Of a DNA stretch of 64,000 nt, positions 1 to 10,439 are shown piece after piece. A program made the translations under genes and the position numbers. Numbering within the stretch: the stretch's first letter is position 1; each line of letters opens with the position of its first letter. Source of the DNA: an uncultured delta proteobacterium (GTDB taxonomy: Bacteria > Desulfobacterota > Binatia > JACPRU01); NCBI GenBank assembly GCA_963790365.1, contig CAWBOU010000016.1:141783-205782 (forward strand), written 5' to 3'. The notes beneath the pieces are model-generated. The model saw only the letters and a program-made list of their open reading frames with translations. It was not told the origin of the DNA and made no database searches.

Positions 1-504
1 GCACCGCGGCGATGCCGCCGAGGATGCGCCAGGCCTTGTCCTCTGGCACGCGATGCACCGCGATCACCGCGACGATGAAGACGTAGAACGCATACGCGTT
101 CACGAGGATCGGCAGGTACGGGACGACCGTCGCAGCGGCCGCGACCGGCGAGATCGCGCTCGCATACGCGACGATGCGGAAGCTCGACTCGAACGTCGCT
201 TCGCCGCCGAGCGCGCGGGAGACGAAGAGCGTGATCGCGGTCCCGATCAGCAGCCCGATCGAGCCGAGGATCGGCACGAGGATCAACGCCGCGAAGAAGC
301 CGTGGATGCCGATGCCCGCGAGCGAGAGGAGCGCGAGGATCGCGCCGTAGACGAGGAGCATCACGGCGGCAAACGTGCCCGGCTCCTCGTAGCCGCCCTC
401 GCGCGGCATCCGGCTGAAGAAGTCCTTCGGATCCATCAGGATCGCGGCCGCCCGCTCGGGCGCGGCGGCGGCGATGGCGGCGAGATCGGGAGCCTGTTCG
501 TCCA
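1..504 (-). CDS. Yip1-domain membrane protein (3' end runs off the window)
   Basis: Not in the ORF track because it has no in-window stop. My reverse-strand translation from the ATG (504-502) reads MDEQAPDLAAIAAAAPERAAAILMDPKDFFSRMPREGGYEEPGTFAAV..., followed by several hydrophobic helices. This is the Yip1/YIPF pattern. The listed 436..2019(-) ORF is a different, Arg-rich frame. Confidence 0.55.
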
Positions 505-648
505 TGGGCGGAACCTACCACCGCGACTTCGCAGCGAAAAGCTCAGGTGGCCATTGCGACGGTCCGAGGGATTCGAAGCCTTGAGTCGAAGCTCCGCCGC
601 GTCTACAGTCCCCCGTCCGCCGCCCCGGGTTCCGTTACCCCGAACCAA

Positions 649-1977
649 ATGACCGAAGAGCTCAGGCCCTACCTCTATTTGATCGGGGCATTCGCCCTCG
701 TCTTGCTGAACGGGTTCTTCGTCGCGGCCGAATTCGCGGTCGTCAAGGTGCGGAGCTCGCGCCTGGATGAGATCGCGCGGAAAGGCAACCTCGCCGCGAA
801 ATCGGCGCAGCACGCGGTGCAGAACCTCGAGGGCTACCTCTCGGCGGCGCAGCTCGGCATCACGCTCGCGAGCCTCGGGCTCGGCTGGGTCGGCGAGCCG
901 GCGTTCGCCCAGCTCATCGAGCCGGTGCTCACGAGCCTCGGCGTCACGTCCGAGCGGGTCATCCATACCGTCTCGATCACGATCGCCTTCACGCTGATCA
1001 GCGCGCTCCATCTCGTGCTCGGCGAGCAAGCGCCGAAGCTCATGGCGATCCAGAAGGCGGAGAGCACGATCCTCGCGCTCGCCGTGCCGCTTCGCGCCTG
1101 TTACTACGTCTTCTATCCGTTCCTTCGCGTGCTGAACGCGGCGTCGAACGGGCTCCTCCGGCTGATCGGGATCACGCCGGTGCACGGCGAGAACCTCGTT
1201 CACTCCGAAGAAGAGCTCCGCATCATCCTCGCCGAGTCGGCCAAGGTCGGCGCGGTGTCGGGCCTCAAACGCCGGCTCCTCGACAACGTGTTCACCTACA
1301 CCCGTCGCACCGCGCAGGAGATCATGGTGCCGCGCAACGACATCGTCTTCCTCTCGCTCGCACGCTCCTGGGAGGAGAACCTCTCGATCATCCGCACGCA
1401 GCAGCACACGCGTTACCCGCTCTGCACGCTCTCGCTCGACCACGTGGTCGGCATGGTGCACCTGAAGGACGTCTTCCACTCGTGGGACGAGATCAAGCAG
1501 ACCGAGGATCTCGTGAAGCTGAAGCGCGACATCCTCTTCGTGCCGGAGTCGACGACGCTCGATCAACTGCAGCGCCAGTTCCAGCAGAAGCGCGTACACA
1601 TCGCGATCGTCGTCGACGAGTACGGCGGCACGGCCGGCCTGGTGAGCCTCGAGGACGTGCTCGAGGAGCTGGTCGGCGAGATCCAGGACGAGTTCGATCG
1701 CGAGGAGTCGAAGATCCAACGCACGCCCGAGGGGGACCTCGTCGACGGGCTCTTGCTCGTCGAGGAGGCGAACGCGCAGCTCGGCCTCGATCTCGAGGAG
1801 ACGGAAGCGCGCACGATCGGCGGCTATCTGACCGCCGTCCTCGGCCGGATCCCCCGCGTCGGCGACACGATCGCGGTCGGCAATCGCGAGCTCCGCGTCG
1901 TCGAGATGAAGAACCGCCGCGTGGCACGGATCCTCGTGCGGAAGCTCTCCGGGGAATCCCGGGAAGCGCATCCCTGA
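649..1977 (+). CDS. CNNM/TlyC-family hemolysin-like membrane protein (DUF21 + CBS pair + CorC_HlyC)
   Basis: Track ORF 547..1977. I start it at ATG 649 (MTEELRPYLYL), where the hydrophobic DUF21 part begins. Family hallmarks are 'FFVAAEFAVVKVR', 'GITLASLGLGWVGEPA', 'VLGEQAPK', the CBS-type 'IMVPRNDIVFL..HTRYPL..VVGMVHLKDV' and 'IAIVVDEYGGTAGLVSLEDVLEELVGEIQDEFD'. Confidence 0.85.
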   Translation: MTEELRPYLYLIGAFALVLLNGFFVAAEFAVVKVRSSRLDEIARKGNLAAKSAQHAVQNLEGYLSAAQLGITLASLGLGWVGEPAFAQLIEPVLTSLGVTSERVIHTVSITIAFTLISALHLVLGEQAPKLMAIQKAESTILALAVPLRACYYVFYPFLRVLNAASNGLLRLIGITPVHGENLVHSEEELRIILAESAKVGAVSGLKRRLLDNVFTYTRRTAQEIMVPRNDIVFLSLARSWEENLSIIRTQQHTRYPLCTLSLDHVVGMVHLKDVFHSWDEIKQTEDLVKLKRDILFVPESTTLDQLQRQFQQKRVHIAIVVDEYGGTAGLVSLEDVLEELVGEIQDEFDREESKIQRTPEGDLVDGLLLVEEANAQLGLDLEETEARTIGGYLTAVLGRIPRVGDTIAVGNRELRVVEMKNRRVARILVRKLSGESREAHP

Positions 1978-2049
1978 ACGCCGCGGTGCGGTTGGAAATC
2001 CGCGCCACGACCGGTACAAGCGGGCGATTGCGCTGAGGGAGGGTTGTCC

Positions 2050-3975
2050 ATGGCCAACGACGTGCCGCTCACGAGCGAGCAGGAATCCCGGCAGGTCGCC
2101 GAGCAGGCTCGGCAGACCGAATGGGAGGGGAAAGGGTTCGTTCGCGATCTATTCCTCGGCAAGTTCGGGGTGGACTTCATCTATCCGTTCCCCCGCGAGC
2201 GCGAAGAACGCCCAGAATTCACGAAGTTTTACGACGGAGTTGCGCGATTTCATCCGCGACAAGGTCGACTCCGTGGCGATCGACGAGACCGGCGAGTACC
2301 CGGAGGAGGTCGTCGACGGCCTGCGCAAGCTCGGCGCCTTCGGCATGAAGATCCCGAAGGAGTACGGCGGGCTCGGCTTCACCGTCGTCGAGTACTGCAA
2401 GGTGATGGAGATGGTCGGGAGCTACGACGGCAACATCACCGCGCTCCTCTCCGCGCACCAGTCGATCGGCGTGCCGCAGCCGCTCAAGCTCTTCGGCACG
2501 CCCGAGCAGAAGAAGAAGTACCTGCCGCGCTGCGCCGCCGGCGCGATCTCGGCGTTCGCGCTCACCGAGCCGCACGTCGGCTCCGACCCGGCGAGCCTGT
2601 CGACGACGGCCGAACGCGACGGCGACACACTACGTCCTGAACGGCGAGAAGCTCTGGTGCACGAACGGCACGCTCGCCGAGCTGCTGGTCGTGATGGCGC
2701 GCGACCCGAAGACGAAGAAGATCAGCGCGTTCGTCGTCGAGACCGACTGGCCGGGCGTGAAGGTCGAGTACCGCTGCCGCTTCATGGGCCTCAAGGCGCT
2801 CGCCAACGGCGTCGATCAGCTTCACGGACGTGCGCGTGCCGCGCGAGAACCTGATCGGCGAGGAGGGCAAGGGCCTGAAGATCGCGCTCGATCACGCTGA
2901 ACACCGGCCGCCTCACGCTGCCCGCGGTCTGCGCCGGCATCGCCAAGCAGTGCCTCGAGATCGTGCCGCGGCTGGTCGAACGCGCGCGAGTCAGTGGGGC
3001 GTGCCGATCTGGAAGCACGAGGCGATCGCGCACGAGATCGCCGACATGGCGGCGACGACGTTCGCGATGGACTCGGTCGCGAAGCTCGCGAGCGCAGATG
3101 GCCGACCGCGGCGGCTACGACATCCGCCTCGAGGCGGCCGCGGCGAAGGAGTGGAACACCGTCCGCGCGTGGGAGATCGTCGACCAGACGCTGCAGATCC
3201 GCGGCGGGCGCGGCTACGAGACCGAAGCGCTCGCTCGCGCGGCCGCGGCGAGACGCCGATCCCGGTCGAGCGCATGATGCGCGACTGCCGCATCAACCTG
3301 ATCTTCGAGGGCTCGAGCGAGATCATGCACCTCTTCATGGCGCGCGAGGCGGTCGACAAGCACCTCCAGGTCGCCGGCGCGATGATCGACCCGAAGAACG
3401 GCGTCAAGGAGAAGCTCGCGGCGCTGCCGAAGATCCTCGGCTTCTACGCCGGCTGGTACCCGCCGCTCTGGCTCCGCGGCATCTCGGAACGCTGGGCCGC
3501 TACGGCGAGTTCGGCCGGCTGGCGACGCATCTCCGCTTCGTCGAGCGCAGCGGCCGCAAGCTCGCGCGCGAGAGCTTCCACGGCATGGCCGTCTACCAGG
3601 CCAAGATGGAGCGGAAGCAGGGCTTCCTCTTCCGCTGCGTCGACGTCGTCATGGAGCTCTTCGCGATGTCGGCGGCGTGTCGCGCACGCGAAGCAGCTCG
3701 AGGACGACACGGATCCCGAAGCGCGCGCACGGCGATCGAGCTCGCGGATCTCTTCTGCCGCGGCTCGCGCCGCAAGGTGAAGCGGCTCTTCCAGGACCTC
3801 TGGAGCAACGACGACGCGCTCCGCAGCAAGGTCGCGGCTCAGCGTCATGGCGGGCGAGCACACCTGGCTCGCGAAGGGCGTGATGGACCTCGGGCTCTCC
3901 GCGGAGGACTTCAAGACGCGCGCGCTCACCGACGCCGGCCGCGAGGTTGCCGGCGAGGCGCGCCGCTCGGCGTAG
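2050..3975 (+). pseudogene. Long-form acyl-CoA dehydrogenase, interrupted by many +1/-1 frameshifts (pseudogene or consensus errors)
   Basis: An SD (GGAGGG) lies 8 nt before ATG 2050. Homology hops between frames. Track 2044..2640 gives MANDVPLTSEQ..GKFGVDFIYPFP. Track 2240..2854 gives LRDFIRDKVD..IPKEYGGLGFTVVEYCKVMEMVG..ALTEPHVGSDPASL. Track 2691..2900 gives LWCTNGTLAELLVVMARDP. Tracks 2963..3277 and 2830..3780 give RLTLPAVCAGIAKQCLEIV, WGVPIWKHEAIAHEIADM, QMADRGGYDIRLEAAAAKEW..QIRGGRGYETE and VERMMRDCRINLIFEGSSEIMHLFMAREA. The stop is TAG 3973-3975. Confidence 0.8.
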
Positions 3976-3996
3976 CGGAGGCGTTTTCCGATCGCG

Positions 3997-6602
3997 ATGG
4001 CTCAAGCCCGAGCGGTGGCCGTGGCCCGGCGGGTCGCGGTCGCGGAAGAGAGCCGGTCACCCGAGGCCGAGCGTCCCAAGGTCGGCGGTAAGTTCTTCGT
4101 CCGGGGCGACGAGAAGATCTACCTCCGCGGTGTGACGTACGGGCCGTTCGCGTCGGCTCGCACGGCGATCCGTTCCCCGAGCCGAGCAGGCGCGAGCGCG
4201 ACTTCGCGCTGATGCGCGAGCTCGGCGCGAACTGCGTGCGCACGTTCACGCGTGCCGCCGCGCTGGCTGCTCGATCTCGCCGCCGAGCACGGCCTCTGGG
4301 TGCTGGTCGGGGCTCCCGTGGGCGCAGCACATCTGCTTCCTCGACTCGGAAGAGACGGTCATGGCGAATCGCGCGGCACGGTCCGTCAGGCGGTCGAGAA
4401 GCTCGCGCGGCCACCCGGCGGTCTTCGGCTACCTCGTCGGCAACGAGATCCCGCCCGACATCGTCCGCTGGTACGGTCCCGAGCGGATCGCGCGCTTCCT
4501 GCGCCGCTCTGCGCCGAGGTGAAGTCCGCGAAACGCGATCCGACCGCGCTGGTCAGCTACGCGAACTTCCCGTCGACCGAGTATCTCGATCTCGAGTTCG
4601 TCGACTTCCTCTGCTTCAACGTCTACCTGCACGCGAGCACGACTTCCGCCGCTACCTCGCGCGCCTGCAGAACCTCGCCGATCGACAAGCCGCTCGTGCT
4701 GACCGAGTTCGGCATCGACTCGATCCGCGAGGGCGACGACGGCGCAGGCGGAGATGCTCGTCGTGGCAGATCCGCGCCGCGTTCGAAGGCGGGCGCCGCC
4801 GGCACGTTCGTCTTCTCCTGGACCGACGAGTGGTTCACCGGCGGCGTCGGCAGATCGACGGACTGGGCGTTCGGCCTGGTCGACGCGCGAGCGCCGAAGC
4901 CGAAGCCGGCGTTCCACGCGGTGCAGCGGCAGTACGCCGCGCCGCTGCCGCCGCGCTTCGCGAATCCGCCGAAGGTCTCGGTCGTGATCTGCGCCTACAA
5001 CGCCGAGCGCACGATGGAGGCGTGCCTCGCGTCGCTGACGAAGCTCCACTACCCCGACTACGAGGTCATCGTCGTCAACGACGGCTCGACGGACGCGCAC
5101 GCGCCGAGCATCGAGCGCACGCGCGTCGATCCCCGGCTCTTCGCGCTGATCAGCCAGGAGAACAAGGGCCTGTCGGTCGCGCGCAACGTCGGCATGGAGG
5201 CCGCGACCGGCGAGATCGTCGCCTACACCGACTCCGACTGCGTCGTCGACCCGGACTGGCTCACCTACCTGGTCTGCACGATGGTCCGGCACGGCTTCGT
5301 CGCCGTGCGGCGGGCCGAACTTCCCGCCGCCCGAGGCGGTCGCTCGTGCCGGCGTGCGTCGCCGTCGTCGCCGGGCGGGCCGACGCACGTGCTCGCTCAA
5401 CGACGAGGTCGCCGAGCACATCCCCGGCTGCAACATGGCGTTCCGGAAGGACGCGCTCGAGGAGGTCGGCGGCTTCGAGCCGCATCTTCGCGGCGGCGGG
5501 CGACGACGTCGATCTCTGCTGGCGCCTCCAGAACCGCGGCTACGCGATCGGCTTCAGCCCGGCGCGCCATGGTCTGGCACTTCCGGCGCAACACGGTGAA
5601 GGCGTACCTCAAGCCAGCAGCGCGGCTACGGCAAGGCGGAGGCGCTGCTCTACTTCAAGCATCCGTACCGCTTCAACATGCTCGGCCAGTCGCGCTGGCT
5701 CGGCCGCATCTACGGCGAGCTCACCGTCGACGTTCTTCTCGCGCCGTCCGGTCATCTACTACGGCACGTTCGGCCGCGGGCTCTTCCAGACGCTCTACGA
5801 GCCGCCGTCGTCGCTGCTTCTCGTACCTGCCGTTCACGCTCGAGTGGAACGTGGTGGCGGTGATGCTGCTCTTCTGCGGCGCTCGCCTCGGGCAGCTACT
5901 TGGCGCTCGCGGCGGTGCCGCTCGCTGGTCTCGTTCGGTGGCATCGATCGTCCTCGCGCTGCAGCGCGCCGCATCGATCCGCGCTACGACGGCGTCAGGA
6001 CGCGCGCTGCTCGCGCTGCTGATTTATCTGGGACCGCTCTGGGCGTGCCTACGAGCGCTACCGGTGGCGGCTCCGCGGGCTCGGCAACGTCGAGCCGATC
6101 GAGCTTCGACCGAGCCCCGGCAGAAGCCGCGCGCGCTGGCTCTGCACGCGAGTTCCGCGTCGCGCTACTGGAGCGAGACGGAGCGCGGAGAAGGAGGATC
6201 TGCTCCAGGGGCTCGTCGAGTTTCTCGTGCCGCGCAAGTACTTCGTCGACATCGACCGCGGCTGGAACGACTGGGACCTCGAGATCCACCGCGGCATCTG
6301 GGCGAACTCGCGGTTGACGGTCGCCGTCGAGAACCACGGCGGCGAGAAGCGACTCTTGCGACGTGCGCTGCGTGCAGCGAACCTCTCCCTTCGGCCATCG
6401 TCTGCTCGCCGGCTGCGCGATCCTCGTCGCGTCCGCGATCGCGCTCCAGGTGCCGAACGTGATCGCCGTCGGCGCTCTCCTCGGCGCGGCGACGCTCTGC
6501 CTCGGCGTCTACAAGAACTACCGGCTGGGGCAGATCCTCTATCACGTGGTCGACATCGTCGCGGCGAAGGCCGGGCTCCCGCCGGCGGGCAACGGTCGGT
6601 GA
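3997..6602 (+). pseudogene. Glycoside-hydrolase-like TIM-barrel module fused to a family-2 glycosyltransferase with a membrane C-terminus; multiply frameshifted
   Basis: The pieces are spread over tracks 3997..4212, 4212..6317, 4252..6462, 5354..5599, 5678..5863 and 6363..6602. The GH-like part reads KVGGKFFVRGDEKIYLRGVTYGPF, DFALMRELGANCVRTFT, HPAVFGYLVGNEIPPDIVRWYGPE, DKPLVLTEFGIDSIREGDDG and AGTFVFSWTDEWFTGG. The GT2 part reads KVSVVICAYNAERTMEACL..YEVIVVNDGSTD..ENKGLSVARNVGMEAATGEIVAYTDSDCVVDPDWL, NMAFRKDALEEVGGFEP and DDVDLCWRLQNRGYAIGFSPA. The tail is hydrophobic. Confidence 0.65.
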
Positions 6603-8409
6603 GCCGAGGAAGCGCCGCGCCCGCGCCGTCGTCGGGTGCGCTCCTCGTCCGCGTTGCGGCCTATCTCGTCCCGTATCGGGGGACGTTCGCGCTCGCGCTC
6701 CTCGGCGTCGTGACGATCGCCGCGCTCGAGCTCCTGAAACCGTGGCCGCTGAAGATCGTCGTCGACTCCGTGCTCGGCGAGGCGCGACCCCCGCTCGAGT
6801 TGCTCTCCGGATGGTCGCGGTCGGCCTTGCTCGCGCTCTCCTGCGTCGCGCTCGTCGTGATCCACGCCGGGCTCGCGGTGATCGTTTACGCCAACAACCG
6901 CGTGACGATCGAGATCGGGCAGCGGATGGTGAGCGATCTGCAGAGCGATCTCTACCAGCACCTGCAGCGTCTCTCGCTCGCGTTCCACGCGAATCGCGCC
7001 GTCGGCGATCTTCTCTATCGGCTGACCGCCGACACGTTCGCGATCCAGACGCTCACGATGAACGGCGTCTTCTCGCTCGCGAGCTCGGGTCTCTTCCTCG
7101 TCGGCATGACCGCGGTGCTCGCGTGGATCGAGCCGATCCTCGCGCTCGTCGCGCTCGCGATCGTCCCCGTCCTCTACCTCTGCATCCAGCGCATGAACGC
7201 GACGATCACCGAGCAATCGACGCTCGCGCGCGAGCACGAGAGCGGGCTCTACACGATGGTCCAGCGAGGGCTGTCCGCGATCCGCGTCATCCAGGCGTTC
7301 ACGCAGGAAGAGAGCGAGCACCAGCGGTTCCTCGACCAGAGTCGCACGAGCCTCGCCGCGAGCCGCCGGCTCTACCTCGTGCAGACGCTCTACGCGGGCG
7401 TGGTCAACATGATCGTCGCGGCGGGCACCGCGGCCGTGCTCTGGTTCGGCGCGTCTCGCGTGCTCTCGGGCGCGATGAGCGTCGGCGACGTGCTCGTGTT
7501 TCTCGGCTACCTCGCGTCACTGTACGCCCCGATCAGCAGCGGCGAGCCACACGATCGGCGTCGTGCAGGCGGCGATGGCCGGCATCCGGCGCGTGTTCGA
7601 GATCCTCGACGAGCGCGAGACGGTGGTGAGCGGCCCGCGCGCGCTCGAGCGCTCCGCGGTGCAGAGGGGAGATCACTTTCGACAGGGTCTCCTTCAGCTA
7701 CGACGGCGATCGCCGCGTGCTCGACGACGTTTCCTTGAACGTCCCGCCCGGGTCCACGGTCGCGCTCGTCGGACCGACCGGCGCGGGCAAGACGACGCTC
7801 GTCAGCCTGGTTTCCCGCTTCTACGATCCGAGCGGGGGACGCGTGCTGCTCGACGGCGTCGACCTCCGCGAGCTCGATCTCGGCGATCTCCGGCGCGCCA
7901 TCGCGATGGTGCTGCAGCCGCCGATCGTCTTCCCGGCGACGCTGCGCGAGAACATCGCCTACGGGCGCCCCGGCGCGCGCCCGGAAGAGATCGAGAAGGC
8001 GGCTGCGCTGGCGCAGCTCACCCCGCTCCTCGCGCGCCTGCCGCAGGGCCTCGACACCATGATCGGCGAGGGCGGGGCAACCGTTTCGGAGGGAGAGCAA
8101 CAGCGCCTCACGATCGCGCGCGCGCTCCTCCGCGACGCGCCGATTCTGATCCTCGACGAGCCGACGGCCTCGCTCGACGCAGAAACGGAGTCGCTCCTCA
8201 TGGCCGGGCTCCGGAGCCTCATCACCGGCCGCACGACGTTCCTCATCGCGCACCGCCTCGCGACCGTCCGCGAGGCGGATCTGATCCTCGTGCTCCGCGA
8301 CGGGCGGATCGTCGAGAGCGGCAGCTACGCCGCGCTCGTCCGCCAGCAAGGCTTCTTCGCGCGCTTGGTCCAGCTCCAGGACGGGCTGCGCGCCAATTCC
8401 TCCGTTTGA
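6599..8409 (+). pseudogene. ABC exporter, fused permease + ATPase (MsbA/ABCB type), with two frameshifts near 7545 and 7670
   Basis: GTG 6599 overlaps the upstream stop (GTGA). The six-helix TMD lies in track 6227..7738 (VAAYLVPYRGTFALALLGVV..). The linker lies in frame 7563 (VQAAMAGIRRVFEILDERE). The NBD lies in track 7717..8409, with Walker A GPTGAGKTT, signature VSEGEQQR, Walker B ILILDEPT and H-loop TTFLIAHRL. Confidence 0.85.
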
Positions 8410-8414
8410 GCGCG

Positions 8415-9566
8415 ATGCGCGTCATCGTCACCGGTCTCATCGGTACCTATCCGCTCGGCGGCGTCGCCTGGGACTACCTCCAGTTCGTGAAGGGCTTCGT
8501 CGCGCTCGGCTGCGACGTCACCTATCTCGAGGACACGAAGCAGTGGGCGTACGATCCGGTCGGCCAGACGTTCACGGAAGATTGCCGCCCGAACGTCGAG
8601 CATCTCCGCCGCGTGCTCGCGCGCGTGCCCGGCATGGAGAGCGCGTTCGCGTTCCGTGATCCGAACGGAACCCTCTTCGGGCTCGGAGAAGAAGAGCTCG
8701 CGCGGCGCTGCCGGGAAGCAGATCTGCTGCTGAACGTCTCCGGATCGATCTGGCCGGAGGGCATTTACCGCGAGCCGCGGATCGTCGCCTACTACGACAG
8801 CGACCCGCTCTACACGCAGGCGGTCGCGTTCGCGCCGCGGTCCGACGATCCCGACGGCTCGCAGAGCTGGATCCCGCGGCACGACGTCTTCTTCACGATG
8901 GCCGAAAACCTCGGTGCTCCCGATTGCGTGATTCCCGACTGCGGCCTCGACTGGAAGCTCACCCGCCAGCCGATCACGCTCGACGACTGGAGCCCGAGCC
9001 CGGCGACCGGGGATCGCTTCACGACCGTGATGTCGTGGAAGACGAGCCCGAAGCTCCCCGTCGTCGACGGGCGGACGTACGGCGGCAAGGATGTCGAGTT
9101 CTTGCGATTCCTCGATCTCCCGAGCCGAACCGGCGCGGCGCTCGAGATCGCGGTCTCCGGCGCGGCGCCGCGCGACCGGCTGACGGCCGCCGGCTGGCGG
9201 CTCGTCGACGCCTGGGAGCGGTCGTCGACGATGGAGATCTATCGCGACTACATCGGCGGCTCGCTCGCAGAGTGGAGCATCGCCAAGGAAGCGTACGTGG
9301 CGAGTCGGAGCGGGTGGTTCAGCTGCCGGAGCGCCTGCTACCTGGCGATGGGGCGTCCGGTCGTCGTGCAGGACACCGGCTTCTCGAGCGTCTATCCGAA
9401 GGCCGAAGGCATCTGGTCGTTCGGCACTCCGACGGAAGCCGCCGCGGCGCTCGACTCGGTGCGCGCGGACTACGCCCGTCAGTGCGAGGCCGCGCGGGCG
9501 ACCGCCGAGACTTACTTCCGCGCCGAGACCGTGCTCGAGAAGCTACTGCGAGACGCTGGGCTCTAG
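8415..9566 (+). CDS. GT-B-fold glycosyltransferase-like protein (CgeB/DUF3880-like)
   Basis: This is the in-frame part of track ORF 7563..9566. ATG 8415 follows the ABC stop after a 5-nt gap. The N-terminus is MRVIVTGLIGTYPLGGVAWDYLQFVKGFVALGCDVTYLED and the C-terminus is SCRSACYLAMGRPVVVQDTGF..FGTPTEAAAALDSVRADY. Both resemble CgeB-type GT-B proteins. The family call is from memory only. Confidence 0.5.
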   Translation: MRVIVTGLIGTYPLGGVAWDYLQFVKGFVALGCDVTYLEDTKQWAYDPVGQTFTEDCRPNVEHLRRVLARVPGMESAFAFRDPNGTLFGLGEEELARRCREADLLLNVSGSIWPEGIYREPRIVAYYDSDPLYTQAVAFAPRSDDPDGSQSWIPRHDVFFTMAENLGAPDCVIPDCGLDWKLTRQPITLDDWSPSPATGDRFTTVMSWKTSPKLPVVDGRTYGGKDVEFLRFLDLPSRTGAALEIAVSGAAPRDRLTAAGWRLVDAWERSSTMEIYRDYIGGSLAEWSIAKEAYVASRSGWFSCRSACYLAMGRPVVVQDTGFSSVYPKAEGIWSFGTPTEAAAALDSVRADYARQCEAARATAETYFRAETVLEKLLRDAGL

Positions 9567-10355
9567 CGGCGGAACCTTCGCCTCGGAGATCGTGAGCGGT
9601 CCGCGGCGGCTGTAGACGACCACGTCGTCCGGGATCCCCGTGCCCTGGAGCTTGAGGATCAGGCGCATGCGCTCTTCTTGCTTCTTGTCGACCTTCTCCG
9701 GGCCGCGCCGGCGCATCCGCGTGCGAACGATCTTCTCCTCGACGACCGATTCGACCTCGGCGTCGGCGAGCTGGTAGGTCTTGCCGTTCGCGCGGATCGA
9801 GACGCGTTGCTGGGCGCGCGCGCTGAGCTTCGGATCGAGCCCGTAGACGATCAGCGAGTCTTCCCACGGCCAGATGCGGGAGGCGACCGTGTCGACGAGC
9901 GTGGCATCCTCTTCGACGATCGTCTGATGGGCGGTGACGAGCCGCCAGCCGGACAGCGGCACCAGCGCGATCGCGAACACCGTCGCCATCACGGTGGCGA
10001 CCGGTCGGTCGAGGCGAATCCGCTTGCCGAGATCGATCGTCACCAGGTCGATGACGAGCGGAAGCGCGACGGCCGCGGCGCTCGCGAGCACCAGGACGAC
10101 GCCGTTCCACGGCACGCCGAGCTCGTTCGTGACCTCGAGAATGCCGGCGGTCAGCAGGACGCCGAACAGACAGGCGGTCGTTCGCCTCGCGGTTCCCTGG
10201 TAGAGGACGAACATCAGGGTGGGGACCAGCACGAGCGGGATCACCGCTTCGGCGAGCTCGCCTTCCCGGTACGCCGCGCCGAGCACGAGCGCGACCAGAA
10301 AGGCCGTGAGCGCGCCGAGAACGGCCGAAACCAGGATTTTGAAGCTTTCGCGCAC
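9543..10355 (-). CDS. Hypothetical membrane protein (about 5 TM helices + charged C-terminal half)
   Basis: Track ORF with a GTG start. It has clean hydrophobic helices followed by a Lys/Glu/Arg-rich soluble part. It overlaps 8415..9566 convergently by 24 nt. I recognise no family. Confidence 0.55.
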   Translation of the reverse strand: MRESFKILVSAVLGALTAFLVALVLGAAYREGELAEAVIPLVLVPTLMFVLYQGTARRTTACLFGVLLTAGILEVTNELGVPWNGVVLVLASAAAVALPLVIDLVTIDLGKRIRLDRPVATVMATVFAIALVPLSGWRLVTAHQTIVEEDATLVDTVASRIWPWEDSLIVYGLDPKLSARAQQRVSIRANGKTYQLADAEVESVVEEKIVRTRMRRRGPEKVDKKQEERMRLILKLQGTGIPDDVVVYSRRGPLTISEAKVPPLEPSVSQ

Positions 10356-10439
10356 TGTGACTGCCTATCTAACGCTGTCTCCGAGTATACGGCTCGCCTC
10401 GTCGACAGGGCAACTGCGCGCGTCGCGAATCCTCCCCGC

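Noticed and set aside
436-2019. A 527-aa ORF on the minus strand, antisense to the CNNM/TlyC gene.
   Set aside because: Its composition is Arg/Asp/Glu/Leu-rich with no motifs, and it mirrors a well-supported + strand gene. This is the typical high-GC shadow ORF.
6363-6602. A 79-aa hydrophobic ORF, considered as an independent small membrane gene.
   Set aside because: It reads as the last TM segments of the frameshifted GT2 protein. Its stop overlaps the ABC exporter start.
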